Below are positions 44,825 through 54,399 of a stretch of 64,000 bases of DNA, one piece after another (position 1 is the first letter of the stretch; the number at the start of each line of letters is the position of its first letter). This DNA is from Porphyridium purpureum (lineage: Eukaryota). The notes beneath the pieces are model-generated. The model saw only the letters and a program-made list of their open reading frames with translations. It searched no databases and was not told the DNA's origin. The stretch is taken from the NCBI GenBank assembly GCA_008690995.1, contig VRMN01000001.1:248001-312000 (forward strand), given 5' to 3'. A program made the position numbers and the translations under genes.

Positions 44825-45101
44825 TGTTACCAATGCTGTGCCTTTTTTACTCTCTTCTTCTTCTTCTTCTCTCTCCGAGCAAGACCTGACCGGCTAGTCC
44901 GGGCAGGCGCGTCGCCTTTTTATACCCTTACTTCCGCCAGGGACAGCAAGGCGCCAAGAGAAATGACAATGCAAATCATTGGCATTTCTGCGCGTGTCTA
45001 GAAGGTTCTGGAACCTCTAGAAGCTTCTAGAAACGGTTAAACGGCTTACCGGTTTCGGATTAACCGAACCGTTCTAGGTGACTGGGGTCGAACGGATAAC
45101 A
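44825..45101 (-). repeat. 5' LTR (277 bp)
   Basis: TG...CA ends; minus-strand TATAAAAA at 44917-44924; adjoins the PBS. Confidence 0.97.
45000..45033. promoter_or_regulatory. Two tandem three-unit heat-shock elements in LTR U3
   Basis: aGAAg-gTTCt-gGAAc and aGAAg-cTTCt-aGAAa, about 76 bp upstream of the TATA box; also at 39836-39869 and in the solo LTR. Confidence 0.6.
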
Positions 45102-45457
45102 CGTACACCAACCCGTCGACCAGCACCACATCCGGGAGGATTGGTGGCTTTAGACCCGGGCGTGGACAACTCTCACAAACCGGTTCAACTCGATACACAG
45201 CGAAATTTCGGCGAAGGGTCGCCCTTGATGAAGAGTCACATTTGGAACGAAGGATCGTTTCACACTTAGGAGGGGTCGCGGTTGCACCTGTGTAGAGGCT
45301 GTCTTTTCAGCCGTCTGGTGGTTTTCCCTCGAACGCATAGGGCTAAATACGCAGCGTCCACTTACCTACGCCTCTAGATGTGAGAATAAAGGAGGTAAGG
45401 GAAGTTGAGAATAAGGAAGAGAATATTTCCTTTAGATTCTTAGGCAGAAGAAAAAAT

Positions 45458-45598
45458 GCCCGATCAAGACTTGGGCCAGTGGGAGCGAAACATCCCCGCA
45501 GCACGTAGTGCTGAATTTCCTTCCGCAAGTTGCAGCCCAATAGAAATGACAGACGGCACAGCAAGCACAACGGCGCGCCACAGTACGGCTCCGCAGGC
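45458..45598 (-). ncRNA. Candidate Fanzor omega-RNA scaffold / element right end
   Basis: Directly 3' of the Fanzor frame; outer stem TTGGGCT/GGCCCAA encloses hairpins CAGCAC-TAC-GTGCTG and GGGA...TCCC; followed by a T-run. Confidence 0.4.
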
Positions 45599-47198
45599 TC
45601 AAGACTCTCCGCTGATTGCGCCGCCACCGGGACCAACATTCTTTGTCGAGGGAATCTCAGTGCAATCAACCACATGAAATGCAAGTTGCCTTTGGAAACA
45701 AAAATGGCTCTGGCAGACCATCCGACGAGTTATTTTGGAACGAATCTTGCAGTCACGGTGCCGGACCATTTTGGACACCGCGAACGTGGGCAATGGGACG
45801 AGGTCATACTCGCGCAGAAAAAATGCGGCGAGTTGCCTGTAGACCTCGTCCACTAAGTTGCACACACGTTCGTGTGCGCGGTAGGCGGCTCGGCGACGTG
45901 CGCAGCGCCGGCGCGCGTTCTCCACAGTTGCAATCTTGGACGTCGAATCGTCCAAGCTCTTGTAGAGTTGGAAAATGCGACCGACGTCACGGACTCCCAT
46001 GGACATCGCTCGGCTCAGGCCCGGGTCAAACAGAGTCTGGAAGGTCCGAATACATGGGTCCAGAGCAACATCGCGAACTTGCGCATTACGTCGGCCTCGG
46101 CTTTCGGTCGAATGATCGGAGAGCAATTGCTTCTGTTGCCGTCGCCGCTGCTGCTACTGCTGCTGTTGTTGTTGGTGCAGTTGCTGGTGCTGGTGCTGCT
46201 GTGGTTGCTGGTGTGGTTGTGGTTCCGGCTCTAGGCTGGAGGGTGTGCACCTATACGGAACATACAGACACAACTTGTTCGTCGATGTTCGCTGTCGGCG
46301 GTAGCCTGTATAAATGAAATGGCACGACACAACCGCACTACGCGCCGTCCGCAAGCGCATTGGTGCATACCACGGCACCAAGAGGATAACGCAGTCCGTG
46401 TGCTACTCAACCCACTGTTTGCGAATGTAAATCAACTCACATTTGTGAGCCTTTCGCGACCGAATGTCGCGCTTGAAATGCGATGCATCTCCTGCCGCCA
46501 TATTGCTGTGGCAAGCCTAAAACTCCGCAATCGCATCCACACACGCGCCATCCCAAATGCCATATCGGATAGATTTGAGCCATGTGTTGTCAGCAACGTG
46601 ATCACTGCTGTTGTTCACTTCCCGAAACCGCAGATACTGCAACCATCTCACGGCGTTTTCATTTCATCGCCGGTCTGCGTCGGCCTCCGGACTGTTCAGA
46701 AGCGCGACGCAGTGATTATACGTTCACAAAGCAGCACCAAACAGATGAAGAATAGGTTGATGTTCCACTGGGCGGACCGAATTTACCTTGATTTCCAAGT
46801 CTGCTACAGCTTCGTCCAGCTGCTGTTCAACCGCCTCCATTTCCTTATCACACGGCAGCCGTGAATGCCCTTCCGCGACTATCCGCAGCTCCAGGAGCTG
46901 CACCCCAACCGATGTTCGTGTCCAGGCTGCGGGTAAGATTGACGAGCTAGCTGGCATGCGCCGACCGGCCTCTACTTCTTTGCTCCGCACACGAAACCAT
47001 ATTGATTTTGCGCTCGAGCAGAACGCGTCGTCCGCGTACGCTCTCGATGCGGCCGCGGTTGGCGACCAGGTCAACGCTGACATGACCGCCGTTGCTTCGG
47101 ACTAGAATTGTTTCTCATCCTCCTACACAGCCGCTCTACTCGCTTGCCGTTGCTCCGCCGAAATGCGCTCTGGTATAGGCGCCGCTTCTCTCTGCGAC
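45599..47198 (-). pseudogene. Fanzor2 / IS607-type TnpB RNA-guided endonuclease pseudogene (B)
   Basis: One frame of about 533 codons with 7 internal stops. Motifs in order: KQF*SE...LTWSPT, IWF, LFGAAL*TYN, WLKSIRYGIWDGAC, HFK...RSRK, VALDPCIRTF, NLVDEVYRQLA, YDLVPLPTF.VSKMV, SHFCFQRQL, VVDCTE..STK. Zn finger and RuvC-III not recognisable. Confidence 0.88.
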
Positions 47199-47494
47199 TG
47201 TTATCAATGCTATGCCTTTTACTCTCTCTCTGCTTCCTACCTCTTCTGACTCCGAGCAAGGCCTGACCGGCTAGTCCGGGCAGGCGCGTCGCCTTTTTAT
47301 ACCCTTACTTCCGCTAGGAACAGCAAGGCGCCAAGAGAAATGACAATGCAAACCATTGGCATTTCTGCGCGCGTCTAGAAGTTTCTGGAACCTCTAGAAG
47401 CTTCTAGAAACGGTTAAACGGTCTACCGGTTTAACGGCTTACCGGTTTCGGATTAACCGAACCGTTCTAGGTGACTGGGGTCGAACGGATAACA
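47199..47494 (-). repeat. Solo LTR of the same Ty3 family (296 bp) with non-matching flanks
   Basis: Near-identical to 39661-39951 with several substitutions; flanks GCGAC and CCCGA. Confidence 0.95.
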
Positions 47495-48130
47495 CCCGAG
47501 CACCTGAGACAGGAGACCCGATGCTGTCCAGAACTGCTGCCAACATTTGGCACACTGTTCGATTATGCCGCTCGACTGCGCCGTTTGCTCTAGGGTTATA
47601 CACAAGGGCGTAAACTTCGCGGACGCCTAAGCGAACACAAACCTCTCGCATCAGTGAGCTCCTAGCCTGCGGGCCATTATTGCTGAATAAAATCTCAGGC
47701 GAACCGAAATGCGAAACCCACCCGTCGAAGAACGCTGACACGATGCATGCGGCAGCCTCTGCACTCAGCGAACGTACGGCACAAAACCGGGAAAAGAAAT
47801 CACAAATGACTAATATTTTCTCGCATCCGCTTTCTGATCGTGGTGTTGACGTAAGAAAATCGACCGCTACTATCTCAAAACGCCTTGATACCTGCCGCTT
47901 GCTAAGCATTGCATGGTCTTTCCTCGCGCCATGCCTGCGCGAGCAGAAACGGCATGCTGCGACAAGCTCACGCACATCACTGATCCATCCTGGCTACCAC
48001 ACACGCACATCACTGATCCTTGCAGTAGTCTTCTCGATATTCAGATGCAAACCAGAGGGCGCCGCATGGAATGCATCTAGAACACGCTCTAACAGCTTGT
48101 TTAGCACAACCCACCTCGGTGCGTGCTTTA
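47495..48130 (-). pseudogene. Integrase remnant of a different Ty3/gypsy family
   Basis: DAFHAAPSGLH...CRFC; VAVDF, ICDFFSRF, FGSPEILFSNNG, YNPRANGAVERHNRT. Confidence 0.85.
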
Positions 48131-48683
48131 CAGTCAGTGTGTTAGAACTGGGGCCCCCTCCGCTCTTATAAAAACAGCGAGACAAACGAAAGGAAGAACA
48201 CGATTTGTAACCGATAAAATTTTCTTCTTCCTTGGACCCGCTGAACGGTTACTGATTATGTTTTTCGTTTCGTGTGTGTTTTTGTTTTTATGAGAGCGGA
48301 AGAATCGGTATTTCTTACTAGGTAAAATGGTTGCTTTGTCTTCTATTTTTCCTTTTGTTTTCCCGAAACGAGGTGAACCGATAAAGTTTGTCGTTCAAAC
48401 GTCTGTTTTCCCTTCTGTTCCATTTTCTGGGTTTCTGGAACGAAATGTTACCGATAGCGCGAATCGTTTACGCGCTGAGCAAGCGTAGAAAAGAGACCAG
48501 CGCAATGTTTATTTTAATGCTGTGGACTTCAAAAGGTCCAGTGATACCTCCAATGCTATCCGTATTTGACTCAGTCGTGTGGCGAGGCTACTGAGCTGTC
48601 AAGGATAGCTGCAAGAACGGATCGGTAAGGATATTTATGCGAGTTTGCTTTCCAACCTCGATGACAGCCTCCCACACGCCGGT

Positions 48684-50107
48684 TCAGAGCTCGCAGACAT
48701 CGTCCGACTCCGTGTTCACGTTGTTCATCAAGTAATCCGGGGCGCTCTTCGGCAGTGTGGCAATGATGTCCGTCAGAAAAACTTGGTCGTGTTCCTTGCG
48801 GCGCACCGAACCACAGTGATCGTCGAAACTTCGTTGACTGTCGTTGATGAGTGTAGGATCGAATGCACCACCCCGGGTAGCAAGCGTTGACAGTAAGCCT
48901 GAATTCGGGAAAGGTTGACTCCAATCACTCGGCAGATCACCAAACTTCAGCGCTTTAATATGTGCGGTTAAGGTCCCTTGGCCTCTGGAGCGAACTAGAT
49001 CGATGATGTCATCGTGTGAGCCAACGCAGCCAGTGCACTTGCAAGAATGTAGCACGACTCGGCTGCGAAACTTAGACTTCAGCGTGCGAAAGTGGTCCAC
49101 GAGTCCTAGCATGCGGCGTGTGTTACTCGATCTTACTTCCTTTTTCCGTAGAACGGCGCAGGTAGTGTCCGTGTCCGGGTCATGCGAGCAGCATAGCGTG
49201 AACGAGAGAATCGCGAAGACGGCTTGTTCAAAGTCACGGAGATTGACCGACGCTGACATGAAACATGCTCGACATCCGCGATTCTCCACGTGCTTTCCTT
49301 TTTTAGCTCTTCTGCGGGTCGTATAGATCGAATCGATGCGTATACAATTGCGAAAAGCCGGAGGCCCGTGGCAGTCAGTTCAGTTGCACCAGATGATTCC
49401 ATGTCGTCAAATGCGTCTATATCTATGAACTCGAGAGAAAGCAACGTGTCGGGTCTGATTCTCTTCGGGAATGATGATGGGCTGAAGAAAAGAGTCCACA
49501 TCTGTCGTCCCATCAAACATCGAGCAATACCGCGGAGTCTGATGGTCTGCTTCAGATGATAAGGCAGATCCACGGAAGATAGCATCGTGATGGATTTGCT
49601 GTTCAAGTCTGCACACGGGTCAAAGTCGCACTTGAAGACACCACCAATTGCCTTTGTAAACTCGTTCGAAATCAAATCGTTTCCGTACCCGTGGGCTCGA
49701 AGGCAAGAAGCTGCAAATAGATGTCTTCAAATGGTGCAGTATAGCTGGGTCACCGTCCCCGTTCGAGTTGTCATCATATCGATACTCTGAATCTTGGCCA
49801 AATCGGGTGCGCGCGTCGGAACGTGTGTGAGCTCTGCGTCTCCAAGGTGCACCGTATTGTCATATGTGTTGCCGAAGAGGTGCCAATTCGAACGTCCCGC
49901 ATTCTTTTCTATCGCAGTCATTCCTTAAGCATCAAAATTTCCGCGTTCACAAAGCCCTCGCGGAATAAAATCGAGAACAGCCGTCGGGGCTTGACTGATC
50001 TTTCCAGGTTCATGACCATCAATTTTGGCTGCATATACCTCAAGACACGTCTCCACTTCGTCTGTAATCGTGAGCGAAATAACGGATAGTACCCGTCGCG
50101 AAGCCAT
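48684..50107 (-). pseudogene. Decayed ORF of unknown family (about 470 codons)
   Basis: ORFs 49925-50107, 49727-49921 and 49133-49675 share one frame separated by single stops; an apparent frameshift continues into 48684-49289. Confidence 0.45.
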
Positions 50108-51899
50108 CGTATCAACTAGAGATCACAAATTGAACCCTAGAGTAACTCTTCTTTTACCGTTGCGAAGTTACCATATTCACCTTGAGACGAGATAGATCAC
50201 GCGAACTGATACTTTTCGAGTCGCTTTTCTTGGACAGCACGGTCGTCTTGCTTTGAGTGAGCTTCTGTGCTTTGCAGACGGTGGCGGACGCCTGCTCGGG
50301 AACACTTACTTCCTGTATCGAGGCTCTTTCTTCGACCGCTTGCATTCCGCTCTCTTCGCGTATCAGCGCTGCATCCGTTGTATGAGCGTTTGTTTGTTCT
50401 CCGAATGTCGGAGATTCCATCTCGAGTGTCTCGTTCTCCTGCAGAATCGATGCACGCAACACCGGATTATTCTCTGTCAGCGAGATCAAGACCGACAGTG
50501 AGAGTTGGGAAGCCTTCTCTTGTGGTTCCGGCGTCAGACATGTCGTCTCGAAACAAATCTCGATCGGCATGGGTTCGTCCTCGACTGCTCGCGTCGGTAT
50601 TTCTCGATTTCTATGCGCGTACGTTAGGGTGTCATCGTCATCAAATTATTGCACCGTTCTTTGCTCGCTATCAAAATCTGGATCCGCGACGTGTCATTCG
50701 AGGGACTGCGTTTCGACTGGTTTGTGACGAGTTCGGCTCATAATGGGTTTTCGCTCCGACTTCGACTCAGGTTTCGATTTCCGTGCCAGGTGCTTGTGTG
50801 ACTGCTTGACTGCTTTCTTGCACGCGAACTCATCGTGGGAGCTCCCCGTGTTGGCCTGGGGACACTCGTCGTTGTTTTCTTTGCATCGTACATTGTCCAG
50901 GCTTTCCGCGAAGCACATGCGGCGTATTCGCTGACCACTCGACTCCCATGTACATGTTTGAAAGTCTTGAGCTCCCGTTCCGTCACCGCCAAGAGTTGCA
51001 CTGGGACACAAGCCGTTTCCATGAAGCGCATTACATACCGAGATGGCCACGTCACCATGTAGTGTCAGTTTTATGCGTTTTCTCAGCGGGGTATCACAGT
51101 GGGAAACTTGAACCAAGTCGTGACGTGTGCGAGCGGTGCGCTTGAGTAAGTTCTTCCTTGTCATCAACACCATCGCGTCCTTGCCTCACATCGGCTGGTT
51201 CGTATCGCCCGACGGATCGCACGGTTATGTCGTGCTGCCCGGAGAACCGTATCCTCCTCGCGTCAGCGCCCGGTTGCTCGTCCGCGGCGATTCTTATGCC
51301 TTGCACTGTCCACGCGTGACTGCGATGACAGAGCACCCAAAGCCATCGTTTCGCTAAATAAACCGATCGTCGACCATACTCGCGACTACGACAACTTGAG
51401 CGCGCTAAAAACAAAAATAATTGGCGTCGGGTTTCGCTTCCTTTTTAGCGTGACTCTGTATTGCAATAATGTAATATATGTGTACAGTACGTATCATTAG
51501 AAAGTGGTGGTTTGATAGAAATAACATGGAAACGTGAGTAACTAAGCCAATGGGTAGCTCGTCTCATGTACAAATCGACCGCTTTTGCCGAAGTCGGATG
51601 AAATTAAGGTGCAACTTCGTCTCCCTGTGCGGATGCCCGGCATGTTGACGAGGGAGAGAAAGGTGGTTGTTGGATTCATCGTACTGGCATCAAGTCTCGT
51701 ATTCTCGTTTGGCTGCACGCGCCGTCTGACCGCGAGGAAATCGAGAAACTTCGCACGCAGCTGGCTTAGGCGCTGAGCTCAAATATTGTGGCCCAAAATA
51801 CAGTTGAGATAAAACGCGCGAGTATGCTCTGTACTCGATGAGAACAGAGCCAAAGCTTGCGTCGCTATGAGAAGAGGTTCGAGCTCTTCGACGTCTCAT

Positions 51900-53663
51900 C
51901 GAGAATCTCATCGGGTTATTTCATGCACAAAGAAAGATGATGGCTGCCCCGCTTGAGATCAAGTATGAGCTCCCGGTGACTACGCAAAAAGTAGAAGATG
52001 AGTTCGTCGAGTGCGTTCGGGGATTGATGATCAATGCGCAAGCTGGGCTGTACGAGCTTGTCACGAGTTACGCGTGCTGTTTCAGAGAATGTATGATAGC
52101 GCATAAGATGCCTCGCTTAGTAATAGTCGAATGGCCGGCGACAGGTTCTGATGGTTGGCCCGGGGCAATCGAGCGCATCGATCAGAACGCTGTTCCACTT
52201 CCGGACGACGTCACTATGTCGCATCCCATGTTCCGTAACCACGGACAATCGACAAGGAACGGTTTGGCCCGGATTTACGTCAAACAACGACGAGACGTAC
52301 TGACTGCAGAAAGCATCCGGTTCTGCGGTGATGCAAATGTTTCGTCGGCACGGATTAAGCTCGGATCGTTTATACTAATTCGATGGAAAGTACAGGCTAC
52401 CAGCGCGCATGCATAGGGCAATTACTTGTGGGTCTCGAAAAGCAAGATTCGGGGTGCATTCGAATGATTCGAATCAACCTACTGCTCCAGCTGCGGACGT
52501 TTCGGAAAGCAAAAAGGGAGTGAAGCGGGCCCCGCTCTGTGTTCGCAGTTTTGCTGCGATGATTTGCTTCGTAGAAGTAGCCGGCCGAGTCATGAATTTA
52601 AAGAATGTTGTTTGGCATCACATGCGCTTTTTAATGGCGTTGTGCATATATCGGAATTCAACGCGAACAGACTATCTTCGAAACGTCCGACGTTCCCACT
52701 CGAGTGTAGAGCACGTAGTCGCTTTGCTCAACCCTAGAGTAACCCAGATGAAATGATTATATCGGGCGAACCGATGGTGCAGACACGAAACGAGCTTGCT
52801 GGGTCACTGGAGCGCGCATTATCAAAATGGATAACCTGCCTAGGATGCGAGGGCGTCCTGGCAGGCGACACCCGTGGGCGATTCTTTAGTTTTAGCCATT
52901 CCCTCTTTTCTTTGTGTCGTCTCTTTGTATCTTGTTTGCTTAAATGGTTGATGCGTACTTCGAGTCATATTCCGTGCGAGTACCTTCGATGTCCACCTTT
53001 GCTTTCGTGCGTGCAGACGCTTCAGTCCCAGGATGAGATGATGCTTTTGGATGCGCAGACGATTCCGACGATGTACAGCGAGTCACAATATCAGGCCGTG
53101 TACGCTCACTACGCGATGCCTGTCTGCACTCTTTATCCGAAACAGATTCCAACGATTCATGGTGAAATGAAAGCTCAGGCAGCACGCGCGAGATCCTCGA
53201 TGTGTCTCCGTGCGTTATTTCTCGCGATATATTTGATGACAGAGCCCGAGCCAGGAGCGCAAATGAAGAGTCAACGTCGCAATTTGGCCAAAAAGCGCCT
53301 TCGTATCTTTATTGGTACCGGTGTACACGAAGTGCAGTGTCGGAGAATTGTACACGGCGTGAAAATTTGTGTGGACTTACGGGAAACGACTGTACAGACG
53401 GGTTGTGCAGTCGTTGTGAAGGAGCGGGGATGGGCGGCAGTGTCTCCGTAGGCGTCAGCCGTGATGGGCTGGAATGTGGAGCCGGAGCAGCCGCTCGAGC
53501 TGCTCGCGCGCTCGCCGAGCTGCGTCCGCGTGGACTATAAAAGGTCGCGGCGAAAGCCGTCGCAGGGCGAGAATTAGTTGGCTTCGAGCCACGGTTGAAA
53601 GGAGTGTGGTTTATAACCTTAGTCCCTACGGGTAAAGTGTGTTTTTCTTAATATCTTGAGACT
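51900..53663 (+). mobile_element. Heavily decayed LTR retrotransposon (gypsy-like) with candidate 3' LTR 53441-53663
   Basis: Gag-like helical fragment at 51937; purine tract then TGTCTC...GAGACT with an internal TATAAAA. Coding motifs are weak. Confidence 0.4.
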
Positions 53664-53757
53664 ACACACTCCCCTTGCGGATAGTATCACAACAAAGTTT
53701 CATCAGCTTTGGTACCAAACGGGTACAGTGGTCAAGCAATCTCGGCGTCGTATCAGA

Positions 53758-54055
53758 TGTTGTGGGTTCCCGGTTGAGATGACAGGTCATAACATCACTT
53801 GGAACATTCTAGATATTGGTGTTGATGCACGTGTCCTTTGGCGGTAGGCGCCCCTGTGCCCGAGCAGCGAATTTGGTAGTGATGAGATTGTGGCTTTGCG
53901 GGTATAAAAGCCTGCTCTTGCGAGAGACTCGGCGGCTGTGTGACGGAAAAGAAGGGCTACGGCTTTAGGGAGTGAAAAGCGTAATTTTGCACTGACGAGT
54001 ACAAATTGTTTGTTTTACGTCGACAAACATCTCAGTAAAGGCAGAAGTATGAACT
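53758..54055. repeat. Solo LTR (family A) with TSD TCAGA
   Basis: Homologous to 10577-10874; TCAGA at 53753-53757 and 54056-54060. Confidence 0.9.
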
Positions 54056-54399
54056 TCAGAACAAAGTGACTTTGTGGTGCCAAGCTCAATTCTTATCTCT
54101 CTACGAAACATTGGTACTAGGTACTAGTGTATTCACGGCACTTGGTCAATTACAACTCCCGTTGGTACCTGTGTCCAAAAGATGCATGGTCAACTACTAT
54201 GGTCAACCCGTAATTAGTCTGGCACTTGTTCTAAGGAAATGCTTGGTACCTGAGTTCTCATGGTGTGTCAATATTCAAGCAATGCGCAAAACACGCAATT
54301 GCAGTATGATAAAGGTGACTTTCCTGATTTTCCCTCGTAAGCTCGACTTCTAGCAAGAGGAGGCGCACAGACACGTTCGTGAAAGGTGCAATTTCAGGA

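Larger units (their letters stand above)
39661..45101 (-). mobile_element. Intact full-length Ty3/gypsy LTR retrotransposon with 5-bp TSD CGTAC
   Basis: LTRs at 39661-39951 and 44825-45101 (TGTTA...TAACA); CGTAC at 39656-39660 and 45102-45106; PBS, PPT, open gag and pol. Confidence 0.97.
39520..45350 (+). pseudogene. Decayed, internally deleted Fanzor/TnpB remnant (A) split by the Ty3 insertion; pieces about 39520-39660 and 45102-45350
   Basis: Joined across the TSD, with frameshifts: ALHRKDW...LLRDSCFREDRRTGR / RTPTRRPAPHPGGLVALDPGV (RuvC-I, 45141-45164)...FGEG...VALDEE...LGG-SRLHLCRGC (Zn-finger CxxC, 45291-45302). Confidence 0.55.

Noticed and set aside
45471..45540. tRNA gene (7-bp outer stem with internal hairpins)
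   Set aside because: No canonical D-loop GG or GTTCRANTC T-loop, and the central hairpin has a 3-nt loop.
46154..47197. Stop-codon readthrough or an alternative genetic code rescuing the Fanzor
   Set aside because: Stops are mixed TAG and TGA, neighbouring genes end at standard stops, and catalytic-region substitutions and C-terminal loss indicate decay.
47084..47198. IS607 serine recombinase (TnpA) upstream of the Fanzor
   Set aside because: No recombinase motif; the segment reads as the Fanzor N-terminus and is then cut by the LTR.
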